DNA of 64,000 bases from a virus (Duplodnaviria; Caudoviricetes): the IMG/VR virus record IMGVR_UViG_3300010051_000550, positions 15,667-79,666 of that record. One strand, written 5' to 3'. The position numbers and the translations under genes were made by a program. Below the pieces are notes generated by a model that saw only the letters and a list, made by a program, of their open reading frames with translations, did no database searches and was not told where the DNA came from. Shown in pieces: positions 26,138 through 35,000 of the stretch (positions are counted from its first letter, which is position 1; each line of letters opens with the position of its first letter).

Positions 26138-29100
26138 TCATGTTTTTGATAATCTCTGAAGTACGCGTTTTATGGGCGGGTTCTTGATGTTACGAGGGAT
26201 AATGGGCAAATCACCTTTTTGTAAGGCAGCAATATCCGGATCGTTTTCTCCTATCTCCCATGCGGACCGAATAATCAACTCATGCTTTCCAATTGCATAA
26301 TCCCAATCCGGATCAGGAAACTCTGTTTCCGAGATGTATTGTGCAGGTAGGAGGACATACCTTCCCACACTTTTATAGTTCTTCAAAAAACCATCTAGAT
26401 TATCGGAGTTCTGTGGCTCCATTGTATGAACCCGACTAACCAGATGTAATTGGTTGCCCTTTGATGGCCTAATAGCATTAAGGTTAGTAGAAATCATCAT
26501 TCTGTAATTAGCTTTTTTTCTTCTGTTAATCCCCCTAATAATCGAGATTCGCAACTGATCCTCTTCGTCAACACTGCCAAATCTGTCTATCCACTTTCTG
26601 AAAATATGTTTGGCTGGCTCTATATTCTCGAAGCCAAGGCCCAAAATCAGTACATCTTCAGGCAAAAAACCGAAACTGATTGCGGTCCATTTTGCCCTAT
26701 CCCAAAGCGGAATGTTAATAAGCGAAATTATCTTGCGATCTTTGTGTTTCAAATTATCGATTGCGAATGAGGACTCAGGAATTTCGCCTTTTCCTAATTC
26801 CAGAGTCCATTCCTCTCTTTCATCTATGCCCTCTGCTTCTAAGTGATGATCCCACGGGAGACTACGTTTCATGGGATAATCGATATCGCTTTTATCATCT
26901 TTCCAATCGGAAAGGCGGAATCTAGGCGAACTTCCGATCATATTCACAACCGCAATGTCAATGTCTGTAATAAGCATTGCTCGACCAATGCTATGCTCGC
27001 TTTTGGCTAGTCGCTCCGTGAATGAATCAGTATCAACAACCACACCAATTTGAAGAGTTGTGTGAAGTAGAAAGTCCAGTAGCCATGCACTGAAGTCGCC
27101 CCTCTCATCCTGATTAGTCCGTCTTAATGTCCGGGGATGCCTAATGCTTATGGTTTGGCCAGTAGCCGTTTCATCGGTTTCAAACTTTGGCAAGCCGGCA
27201 AGGAAATCAGATGGTTCAATCGAAATATGCAATTCAGAGCGATACGGCAATATTACACTTTCAAGGCTCGTTGCTAATAATGCTTCAAGCGCCCCTAAGA
27301 TCGTTTCGGCCAAATATATCGAGGTATGGTCATTGAATGCGTGAATTGACACCTCGCAACCGAGTACATTCGAGCGAAGAGTAACCTTCTTGCTCAAGAG
27401 CAAGTCAGGTTGGTACAACAAGTCGCGGCTGGCAGGTTGATTACGCCACCTTATGAATAAGTCACAAATTTCTTCAGGGCTGTCGTTCTCAGAAATGATA
27501 TTCTCTGAACGCAGGTATTCCTCATATCCCAGTACATACAACAGCGCCATCCGTGAGTAGGAAAGTTCCGCTCGCTCCAAGACTGACGGTAAGAAGTTGA
27601 GCCATTTTGAATCCCATATGCTTAGCCTCAAGAACTGTATCGCTAAGACCTGATCCTGAATAGTCCGTTCATTTATGAACTTCTCTTGTTTCTCCTCATT
27701 TAGGAGCAAGGATTTTGCCAACAATGAAGCTACTTCTATCCATTCAAGAACGTGAGGGATGCGACCCAGTTGTAACTCCAACCAAATTATCCTTTGGGTG
27801 AGGGCAAGTGTCTGCGGCAAGAGTTTTCCATATTTATGGTATGCTGACCAAGAAGAGTTGATAGCAATAAGGAGATTTGAACGTGCTGCCCATAATAATC
27901 CAACTCTTTCATACGCAGCTCCACAGGCAGCAACTGACATAATCCACTCCTCCATATGCTCCTCCACGGCCAATTCCTGTTGGGACTTTCCGAGGAGCCT
28001 GATAGCATCGTAATTCTTACCTGCTAGCAATTTTTGATACCCACGTGTAAGATGCAATTCTCCGGCTACGCTATCACCTGTTCTACGCTTAATGAATTCC
28101 TCGACCTCTTCCATCAATTCATCGTACTTAGCGTGAGACGCCAGAATCATTCCTAGCTCTTGAATGATATGAATTGTCGAGATAACAGGGTACTCGGCCA
28201 GCCCTTGGCTCTTCTTTAAAATACTTCCAAGCTGAGTGAGGATACCATTCACTCCTCGTCCCTTTGCCAACGCCTCGGCTAGTTCCATGAGTAATTTGAT
28301 TGTGCGTGCATGATGTGCATTATTCGGACGTTGGGAGCTCATTGCCAGGCGGTTGAGTTCGGCTTTAGCTGTCCTAGTACGTTTCGATAATTTTCTCCTG
28401 CTTGTACCGGGCCGGCCCCGCTGGACTTCAACATGAAGAAGTTGCCATAGATTGATCATCAGTTCGATATCAGTTGTCTGATTACTGCCTACTGCCAACT
28501 CCTCGACTCGTTCATACAAATTGTCAAACAACTCAATATCGCCGTACCACCAATATGCTGTCCAAGCTCTATTGTAAGCAATACGTAACATCTGCTGCCG
28601 ATGTCCAACTTTCATGGCAACATGCTCAGCACGTTCGAACCTAGCTTCGATCTCCATCCGAGAAAGTTCAAGCCCACGCGCAAGCAGTGCCACTTGCAAG
28701 CAGTCTTCCGCGAGTTGATACCTAACCCCCTTGTATCTCTCAGGGTCATTGATGCGCTCCTCGAGTTCCTTCATTTCTGCTTGACGTTTTGTGTCCTGTG
28801 ATCCCAACTCCCTCTTCGATAATTCACCGAAGCCTTCTATATGGAGCGATTCAATTGCAAGTCGTAACCGCTCGTGCTCGAAGACGCACTTTACGATCCA
28901 ATTTCGATCAAGTACCCGAACATCTATGCTGAACTCTCGGGACAAGGCATCTTCAACTTCAGCTCGGGTGCTGTCCTTTACAAATTGATTTGTTATGAAA
29001 TAAACAAGCTTGTAGCTTCGATTAGTCTTGGCGATTTTCTCGACGTCAGACCGAACCTTTGATCGCCAGTCTTTCTTGGCGCTGAAGGCAAATGCCCACC

Positions 29101-29476
29101 GTTCTTGACTAGCTTCCCTACCAACCCCCTCATACCACCCTAGCGCAAGCTCGTCCGCAACCGGGTAAGTCTCGGTATCCACTTTACTGTCCCCTCCACC
29201 AGTCGACCCGGTTTGAGGTATCAGGTTTGGACAAATTTCCTTTTCTGCCAATCTTCTGCAAAAGTGTTCGAATTCAATTTCTTGTTTTCGATGAGTAAGG
29301 GTTTCTAAGTGGTATTCGAAGCTCACTTGTGTCAATTGAAGTGTAGTTGAGACCCTAGTATCAGAAAAAAGTTCGGGTCGCCGAGCGCGCATGAAGTCTG
29401 AGGGACGCCACTGCGATCCCTGTTGGTGTTCAACATCATGCGATGATGCTTCTTCAGGTAAACTGGTTTTCGACAT
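26138..29476 (-). CDS. Low-GC 1112-aa protein: N-terminal PD-(D/E)xK nuclease-like domain plus TPR-like helical repeats; defence candidate
   Basis: EFEHFCRRL...GSTGGGDSKVD...AFSAKKDW..KV.SD; long helical region; no P-loop seen; GC far below the flanks. Confidence 0.7.
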   Translation of the reverse strand: MSKTSLPEEASSHDVEHQQGSQWRPSDFMRARRPELFSDTRVSTTLQLTQVSFEYHLETLTHRKQEIEFEHFCRRLAEKEICPNLIPQTGSTGGGDSKVDTETYPVADELALGWYEGVGREASQERWAFAFSAKKDWRSKVRSDVEKIAKTNRSYKLVYFITNQFVKDSTRAEVEDALSREFSIDVRVLDRNWIVKCVFEHERLRLAIESLHIEGFGELSKRELGSQDTKRQAEMKELEERINDPERYKGVRYQLAEDCLQVALLARGLELSRMEIEARFERAEHVAMKVGHRQQMLRIAYNRAWTAYWWYGDIELFDNLYERVEELAVGSNQTTDIELMINLWQLLHVEVQRGRPGTSRRKLSKRTRTAKAELNRLAMSSQRPNNAHHARTIKLLMELAEALAKGRGVNGILTQLGSILKKSQGLAEYPVISTIHIIQELGMILASHAKYDELMEEVEEFIKRRTGDSVAGELHLTRGYQKLLAGKNYDAIRLLGKSQQELAVEEHMEEWIMSVAACGAAYERVGLLWAARSNLLIAINSSWSAYHKYGKLLPQTLALTQRIIWLELQLGRIPHVLEWIEVASLLAKSLLLNEEKQEKFINERTIQDQVLAIQFLRLSIWDSKWLNFLPSVLERAELSYSRMALLYVLGYEEYLRSENIISENDSPEEICDLFIRWRNQPASRDLLYQPDLLLSKKVTLRSNVLGCEVSIHAFNDHTSIYLAETILGALEALLATSLESVILPYRSELHISIEPSDFLAGLPKFETDETATGQTISIRHPRTLRRTNQDERGDFSAWLLDFLLHTTLQIGVVVDTDSFTERLAKSEHSIGRAMLITDIDIAVVNMIGSSPRFRLSDWKDDKSDIDYPMKRSLPWDHHLEAEGIDEREEWTLELGKGEIPESSFAIDNLKHKDRKIISLINIPLWDRAKWTAISFGFLPEDVLILGLGFENIEPAKHIFRKWIDRFGSVDEEDQLRISIIRGINRRKKANYRMMISTNLNAIRPSKGNQLHLVSRVHTMEPQNSDNLDGFLKNYKSVGRYVLLPAQYISETEFPDPDWDYAIGKHELIIRSAWEIGENDPDIAALQKGDLPIIPRNIKNPPIKRVLQRLSKT

Positions 29477-29527
29477 ATTAGATCAGCCGCACTGCACACG
29501 CCTATGGGAGCATCGCCGGGGTGCTTT

Positions 29528-29543
29528 ATGTTGGCGCGCAAAC
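29528..29543. promoter_or_regulatory. Near-palindrome ATGTTGGCGCGCAAAC, copy 2 of 3
   Basis: Reverse complement is identical to 9484-9499. Confidence 0.7.
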
Positions 29544-29550
29544 GGATTTG

Positions 29551-30435
29551 TTAGTTCGTTTCGAAGCCGTGCGCAGCCAGGAAGTAGCGGCTGCAACTGG
29601 CGGTGTTACTAAACAGGTTGACGCTGAAGGGTAGCTCGGCGTTAGCGTCGACCTCCCCTTGGTCTGTGAAGGAACTGGGGGCAGCGATGGGCACCAGGTC
29701 GTCGTCGAAGCAGATGGCAGCGCCCTGAACAAGGTCCAGCGGGGCGTCGTTGGAGTTCAGCAGTATGCCGACGATATTGTTGCCGACGATATTGTGCTCA
29801 AGGACTTCGAGGTCGCGACGGGCAAGAAAGACGCTAGGGGCGTCTTGGGCTGTAACGCGGTAGTCGATGGTGGCGCCGTCCAGGTCAGTGTCCATGAACC
29901 CGACTGTACCGAAGGCGACGCTTCCAGGGGGCACGTAGGATGGGGCGAAGAGAAGCCCGGAGCCGGTGCCTAGGACGCCGCCGGCTTCGTCACGGGCGGT
30001 GGCAGAGATTTCGACGTTGTAGACGGGGGCGTCGACGTTGTTGCGGACGACAACGGAGATGCTACCGAATTCACTGGGCTGACCTTGGGCAATCACGGAG
30101 AGGCCGGGACCACCAGCGGGCAGATCGTCGGGGGTTATGTTGGCTGTGGCGAGGTAGGAAGTGGGTTCGATTGCGGCCGCGGGCGCTGGGGTAGGAGGCG
30201 GCGGTGCCGTCGGGGCGACTTCAACGAGGCGGGTGACCTCCACCTCAATCTCGACGAGGCGGGTGACTTCTACTTCAATCTCAACCAAGCGGGTAATTTC
30301 GATTTGCTCGGCTTGGGGGGCGGCCGTGGGCTGTCCGCCGCAGGCGCTAAGAAGATGGGTAGCGAGAGCGATTAGGGCAATGCGTTTCAATGGGAGCCTC
30401 CTGTTTGTATCGGATTGGCTCGGCCACGGGAACAC
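29551..30435 (-). CDS. Lipoprotein with EVTRLVE repeats and FxLYD-like Ig domains
   Basis: Lipobox LSAC; (IE)VEVTRLVE x3; VVVRNN...VYNVEISAT.RD..G.VLG. Confidence 0.78.
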   Translation of the reverse strand: MFPWPSQSDTNRRLPLKRIALIALATHLLSACGGQPTAAPQAEQIEITRLVEIEVEVTRLVEIEVEVTRLVEVAPTAPPPPTPAPAAAIEPTSYLATANITPDDLPAGGPGLSVIAQGQPSEFGSISVVVRNNVDAPVYNVEISATARDEAGGVLGTGSGLLFAPSYVPPGSVAFGTVGFMDTDLDGATIDYRVTAQDAPSVFLARRDLEVLEHNIVGNNIVGILLNSNDAPLDLVQGAAICFDDDLVPIAAPSSFTDQGEVDANAELPFSVNLFSNTASCSRYFLAAHGFETN

Positions 30436-30704
30436 GCGGCGGAGTATGAGGCGGACTATAAATGATAGGGTCTATCTGGTCAATCGTTTTGGCGAGGCGC
30501 GGCCGATGTGGATGGCGTGGGCTTGGTGGGCAGGGCGGTCCCGGCTGGATGTGGTTACCATGTACACTAGAGACGCGCGGGTTTTCATTCGGCCGGGGGA
30601 TGAGATCTGGCGGAATAGCGGGGATTGCGAGTTATAATGTGCGGAAGGGGTTGAAGTGTCGCGGTTTTGGTGGAGTTTGTTTTGTGCAAAAGGAGTGAAA
30701 CAAA

Positions 30705-30929
30705 ATGACCGATGCATTATTGAGGTTGATTATGCTTGACGTAGAGGAAGGGATCAGGAAGAGAAGCTATTCGGGATACACGGATGAAGCAGTTCTCTCG
30801 CATAAGCAATATCTACTCGACAGCGGGCTGGCAAAGGGAAACCGGCAACGCGGCGATGATACCGTGAAATCTGTTATTCTGACCGGCTTGACCGAACGTG
30901 GAAAAGAGCTTCTGAGCACGTTGGGTTGA
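30705..30929 (+). CDS. Small winged-helix protein, DUF2513-like
   Basis: LLRLIML...YTDEAV..H..YL.DSGL..G....LT.LT..G.E.L. Confidence 0.55.
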   Translation: MTDALLRLIMLDVEEGIRKRSYSGYTDEAVLSHKQYLLDSGLAKGNRQRGDDTVKSVILTGLTERGKELLSTLG

Positions 30930-31018
30930 TGTTAACAACGGTCGCTGTCAGCACACTTTCTGTGATAGATTTCTTGACAAGGAGTGGATTGCTTTCAGTC
31001 GATTATGGGAATTAAGAG

Positions 31019-31052
31019 GAGGCCCCTGAGCGATCAGGGGTCTCTCCGTTTT
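31019..31052. terminator. Hairpin terminator after the winged-helix gene
   Basis: GAGGCCCCTGA-GCGA-TCAGGGGTCTC then TCCGTTTT. Confidence 0.55.
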
Positions 31053-31157
31053 AGCGGACGGGGAGACCAAGGTCGGGCCGGACTTCTTGGATCATCTGCA
31101 CAATTACTGTTCGAAGTCGGGGTAGATGTTGAAGAGGTCGGCTCTCGAAGACTTCCT

Positions 31158-31212
31158 GTGAACATCTGTTCACATCGGCCGCGTGTACAGGAGTGCTCGA
31201 GTGACCTATAAT
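31158..31212 (+). promoter_or_regulatory. Palindromic box GTGAACATCTGTTCAC plus tail-operon promoter
   Basis: GAAC-N4-GTTC ends 12 nt before TGTACA-17-TATAAT. Confidence 0.78.
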
Positions 31213-31273
31213 ATTAGCAATTGAATTTGCCTCGCGGAGAACCCGCGAGTAGCGACGTGAAACGACCGGACAC

Positions 31274-31313
31274 ACGCCGCGCTGACATGTAGTAGTCAGC
31301 GCGGCGTTTTTTA
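31274..31313 (+). terminator. Leader terminator upstream of the tail chaperone gene
   Basis: ACGCCGCGCTGAC...GTCAGCGCGGCGT followed by a T run. Confidence 0.8.
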
Positions 31314-31340
31314 TTTCCGGCAAAAGGGAGAAACAAAACG

Positions 31341-31766
31341 ATGGGACTTTTGGTAGACAGAAACACGCCGCCGGTTGCCGTGAAGTTCGGCAACGACCCC
31401 GATGACGAGCAAGAGGTGAACACCGTCTTCGTCAAGGCCAGATTCACACTGGGGGACACGATTCAGATCGAGGAGGCCAGCCTGCGACTGGAGGTGGCCC
31501 AGTCCGATGACAGCAAGGACGGAGAGCCGCAGGCCTTTCGCGTGCCGGTATCCACCATCGGTCAGATGGTGGCCGCTATGCGGCACGCCGTGACGGGCTG
31601 GGAGGGGCCGATGTTCAAGGATCACCGCTATCGCCGGAGCATCTGGAACGACATCGACATCGCGGAGAACGAGTGGTGGATTCGCAAGGTTCACAAGCGG
31701 ATTGACGAACTCAACACGCCGCGTACCGATGACCCGAAGCCGGCGAAAAGCCCAAACGCCAAGTAG
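31341..31766 (+). CDS. Tail assembly chaperone (gpG-like)
   Basis: Position before the tape measure gene; slippery site at the 3' end. Confidence 0.75.
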   Translation: MGLLVDRNTPPVAVKFGNDPDDEQEVNTVFVKARFTLGDTIQIEEASLRLEVAQSDDSKDGEPQAFRVPVSTIGQMVAAMRHAVTGWEGPMFKDHRYRRSIWNDIDIAENEWWIRKVHKRIDELNTPRTDDPKPAKSPNAK

Positions 31767-32014
31767 CTGCGGCCGAACCAACGCCGCGCGAGAAGTACCT
31801 GACGCGAGTTGAGAACCGATGGCTGCGTCGCTTGCAGGGCTTGCTGCCGGCGGGGACGGCGAGTGGCGAATTCGACCTGTACGTGCTGATGGCTACCCGA
31901 TACCGCTGGACGCCCGAGCAAGTTAACGCCTTGACCCCGGATTTCCTGGAGGAACTGCTTGCTTATCAGGCGGCTGAGGCGCGGTGGGAAGAGGAAGCAG
32001 CGGAAGGAATCTGA
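31341..32014 (+). CDS. Tail assembly chaperone, -1 frameshift product (gpGT-like)
   Basis: In-frame C CCA AAC heptamer at 31751-31757; -1 frame stays open to TGA at 32014 (YRWTPEQV..LT...L..L). Confidence 0.82.
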
Positions 32015-32056
32015 GCGCAAGGCCAGGGAGGCCAGAGCGAAGGCCGGACGATAGTT

Positions 32057-35000
32057 ATGGCTGCTGAACTGGCAATCATCGCCAAACTGCAGGACGACGC
32101 ATCGTCCGGCATTCGCTCACTTCGGGGGGAAGTTGAGGGACTGGGGGACTCCGGAGGAATTGCGGCGAAGGGGTTCCAGACGCTGCAGAGTGTGGGGACG
32201 GCGTCGATTGTTGCCATTGGCGTGGCCGTGGCTGCGGCCACAGCGGCGGCCGTGTCGTTCGTCAAGTCGGCAATTGACGCCGGCATCGAGTTTGAGTCGG
32301 CCTTCGCGGGCGTGGTCAAAACCGTTGATGGAGTAGCCGATGCCAGTGGGGCTTTGACTGAATTGGGGCAGCAGTTGCGGGATGAGTTCCGGCAACTGGC
32401 TTTGGAAATCCCCATTGCGGTTACGGAACTAGCCAGGATCGGCGAGTTGGGCGGACAACTCGGCGTAGCCTCCGGTGATCTCATCGCCTTCACAGAACTG
32501 ATTGCCAAGCTGGGAGTGACAACGAATCTCTCCACTGAGGAAGCGGCGATGTCGTTTGCCCAGTTGGGGAACATCATGCAGTCGTCTCAGGACGATTTGA
32601 CGCGGCTCGGCTCGTCCATCGTGTGGTTGGGAAACAACTTCGCAACCACTGAGGCGGAGATCGTGGAGTTCACATCACGCATCGCCGGTGCGGGCGCGAT
32701 AGCCAATATGTCGGAAGCAGACCTGGCCGGTATCGCCGCCGCGTTTGCTTCGGTTGGCGTAAGCGCAGAGGCAGGCGGTACGGCCGTGCAGAAGGTCATC
32801 CTGGACATGAACACGGCCGTGGTTTCTGGGGGTGCTCAACTTGAGCTTTACGCCAGGACGGCCGGAATGACTGCGCAGGAGTTCGCGCAGGCGTGGCGAG
32901 AAGACGCGGCGGGGGCGTTTATAGCGTTCGTGGAGGGGTTGGGGCGCGCCGGCGACCAAGCCATCCTGATCCTGAAGGAGTTGGGGCTGACGGATGCTCG
33001 ATTGACGCGCGGCTTCCTGTCGGTGGCCAACGCCGGTGAACTACTGCGAGAGGCGGTCGAGGGCAGTAATCAGGCGTTCCGGGAGAACATGGCGCTGGTG
33101 CGGGAGGCGGCACTGCGGTTCCAGACGGTCGAGAGCCAGATGCAGTTGTTCCGCAATGTCATTAACGACGTCAAGATTTCGCTCTATGACGCACTGCGGC
33201 CGGCGATTGGGGCGATCATCGCCGCGCTGACACTGTTCCTCACGTCGGTGGCCCCCCAGGTTCGCGAGGTATTTCAGGCGATAGGCGGGGCCGTCAACGA
33301 ACTGGTGACGGCTCTGCTGAAGGGGGAGTCTCCTGTTCTGGCTCTGGTCGACGCGCTTTACATGCTTGGCGCAGGGCTTGGCATGCCGATTGAGAGGCTT
33401 GAAGCGATACGACAAGGCGTTCTGAATTTCATTTCGGGTGTCAGCAGAGTTTTGGGGCCTATCGCGCAGGCTATCACCTCATTTTTCTCGTGGAAGGATG
33501 TGCTGGTCGCGCTGGGGGTTGCTATCGCGAGCGTGGTTATTCCGGCGCTAATTGCCATCGTGCAGTTCGCCGCGCCCATTGTGGCGGTGTTTGGAGGGCT
33601 GGTGCTGGCAATCGCAGCCGTGCGGAATGCGTGGGAGGCGGATTTCCTGGGTATCAGGACGGCTGTAGAGGGCTTTGTCCAGAATGTTTTGAAGCTGATC
33701 GAAACGCTGCGGGCCACGAATTTGGACGATTTTTCGCGCCTCTTCAACGAGCTGCCGCCGCTATTCCAGGAGGCCGCGCGGGCATTGGTGAATCTGAAGG
33801 ACGCACTGCGAATCGCTTTGGATGGTATTAGGGCTTTGCTCAGCGGCGATACGGCGACGGCGATGGAGGCGTTTCGCTCGGCATGGGAGAAGGGCTGGAC
33901 TGCCATCGTCGGCTTTGTGCAGAATGCGGGGGCGCAGATCGGACAGGCTTTGCAAGGGTTGTGGCAGGGCATTGTGGCGTGGTTCCAGAGCGTGGACTGG
34001 GGCGGTCTGGCGCGGGACTTGATCGAGAGGTTCCTGAGCGGGATGGCGGCGCTGGGGCAGGCGCGGGCTGACCTGTGGGCGTGGATTCTCACTGCGCTGA
34101 CGAATTTCATCAACAGCGTCGATTGGGCGCAGATCGGCTATTCGCTGGTTGACCTGCTGGGCAAGGGGATTCTGGGAGCCGTTGGGCTGATCGCGACGGC
34201 CGTGGCGGGCATCGTTACCTTCATCTGGAATTTCATCACCGGCACGAACTGGATCGAACTGGGAATCAACCTGGTCAACGCCGTGATAGATGGCTTGGGT
34301 TCGTTCGCTAGCGGTGTAGGCGCGAAGCTGGCCGAATGGCGTCAGGCCATCTTCGACTGGGCCGGCGCTGAGGACTGGAGCGGCGTTGCCGAGAAGATTT
34401 CCACGATGGTCGGCGAGAAGCTAGGAGAGATGAGAGACGCGATTTCCGGCAAGCTCAACGAGTGGCAGACTGCGATCTTCGACTGGGCCGGAGCAGAGGA
34501 CTGGAGTGGCGTTGCGGCGCACATTGCCGAGAACATCGGCGAGAAGCTGGGTGAGGCGGGGGACGCGATCTCCGGCAAGCTCAACGAGTGGCAGGCGGCC
34601 ATCTTCGACTGGGCCGGGGCTGAGGATTGGCAAGGGGTTGCTGATCATATTGCCGAGAACATCGGTGAGAAGCTGGGCGAGGCCGGGAGCAGTGTCACCG
34701 CGACGCTCAGCAATTGGCAGAGGGCTATCTTCGATTGGGCGGGGGCTGAAGATTGGAATGGAGTGGCAACGCACATTGCCGAATTGGTAGGTTCGGCTTT
34801 GGGAGATGCGGCCGGTTCTATTGTTTCGACTTTGGATAGCTGGGAGCAGGCTATCTTCGACTGGGCTGGAGGAGCGGATTGGGGGGACGTGTCGGAGTCT
34901 ATCGCCACCCTGGTGGGCGACTCTCTGGGAGAGACCAGCGACAAGGTTACAGGCAAGCTGAGCAGCTGGATCACGGCGTTCACTGACTGGGTCAACACGG

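Noticed and set aside
30974-31010. TTGACA as the promoter of an sRNA ending at the 31019 hairpin
   Set aside because: No -10 at 16-18 bp spacing; the hairpin is explained as the terminator of 30705-30929
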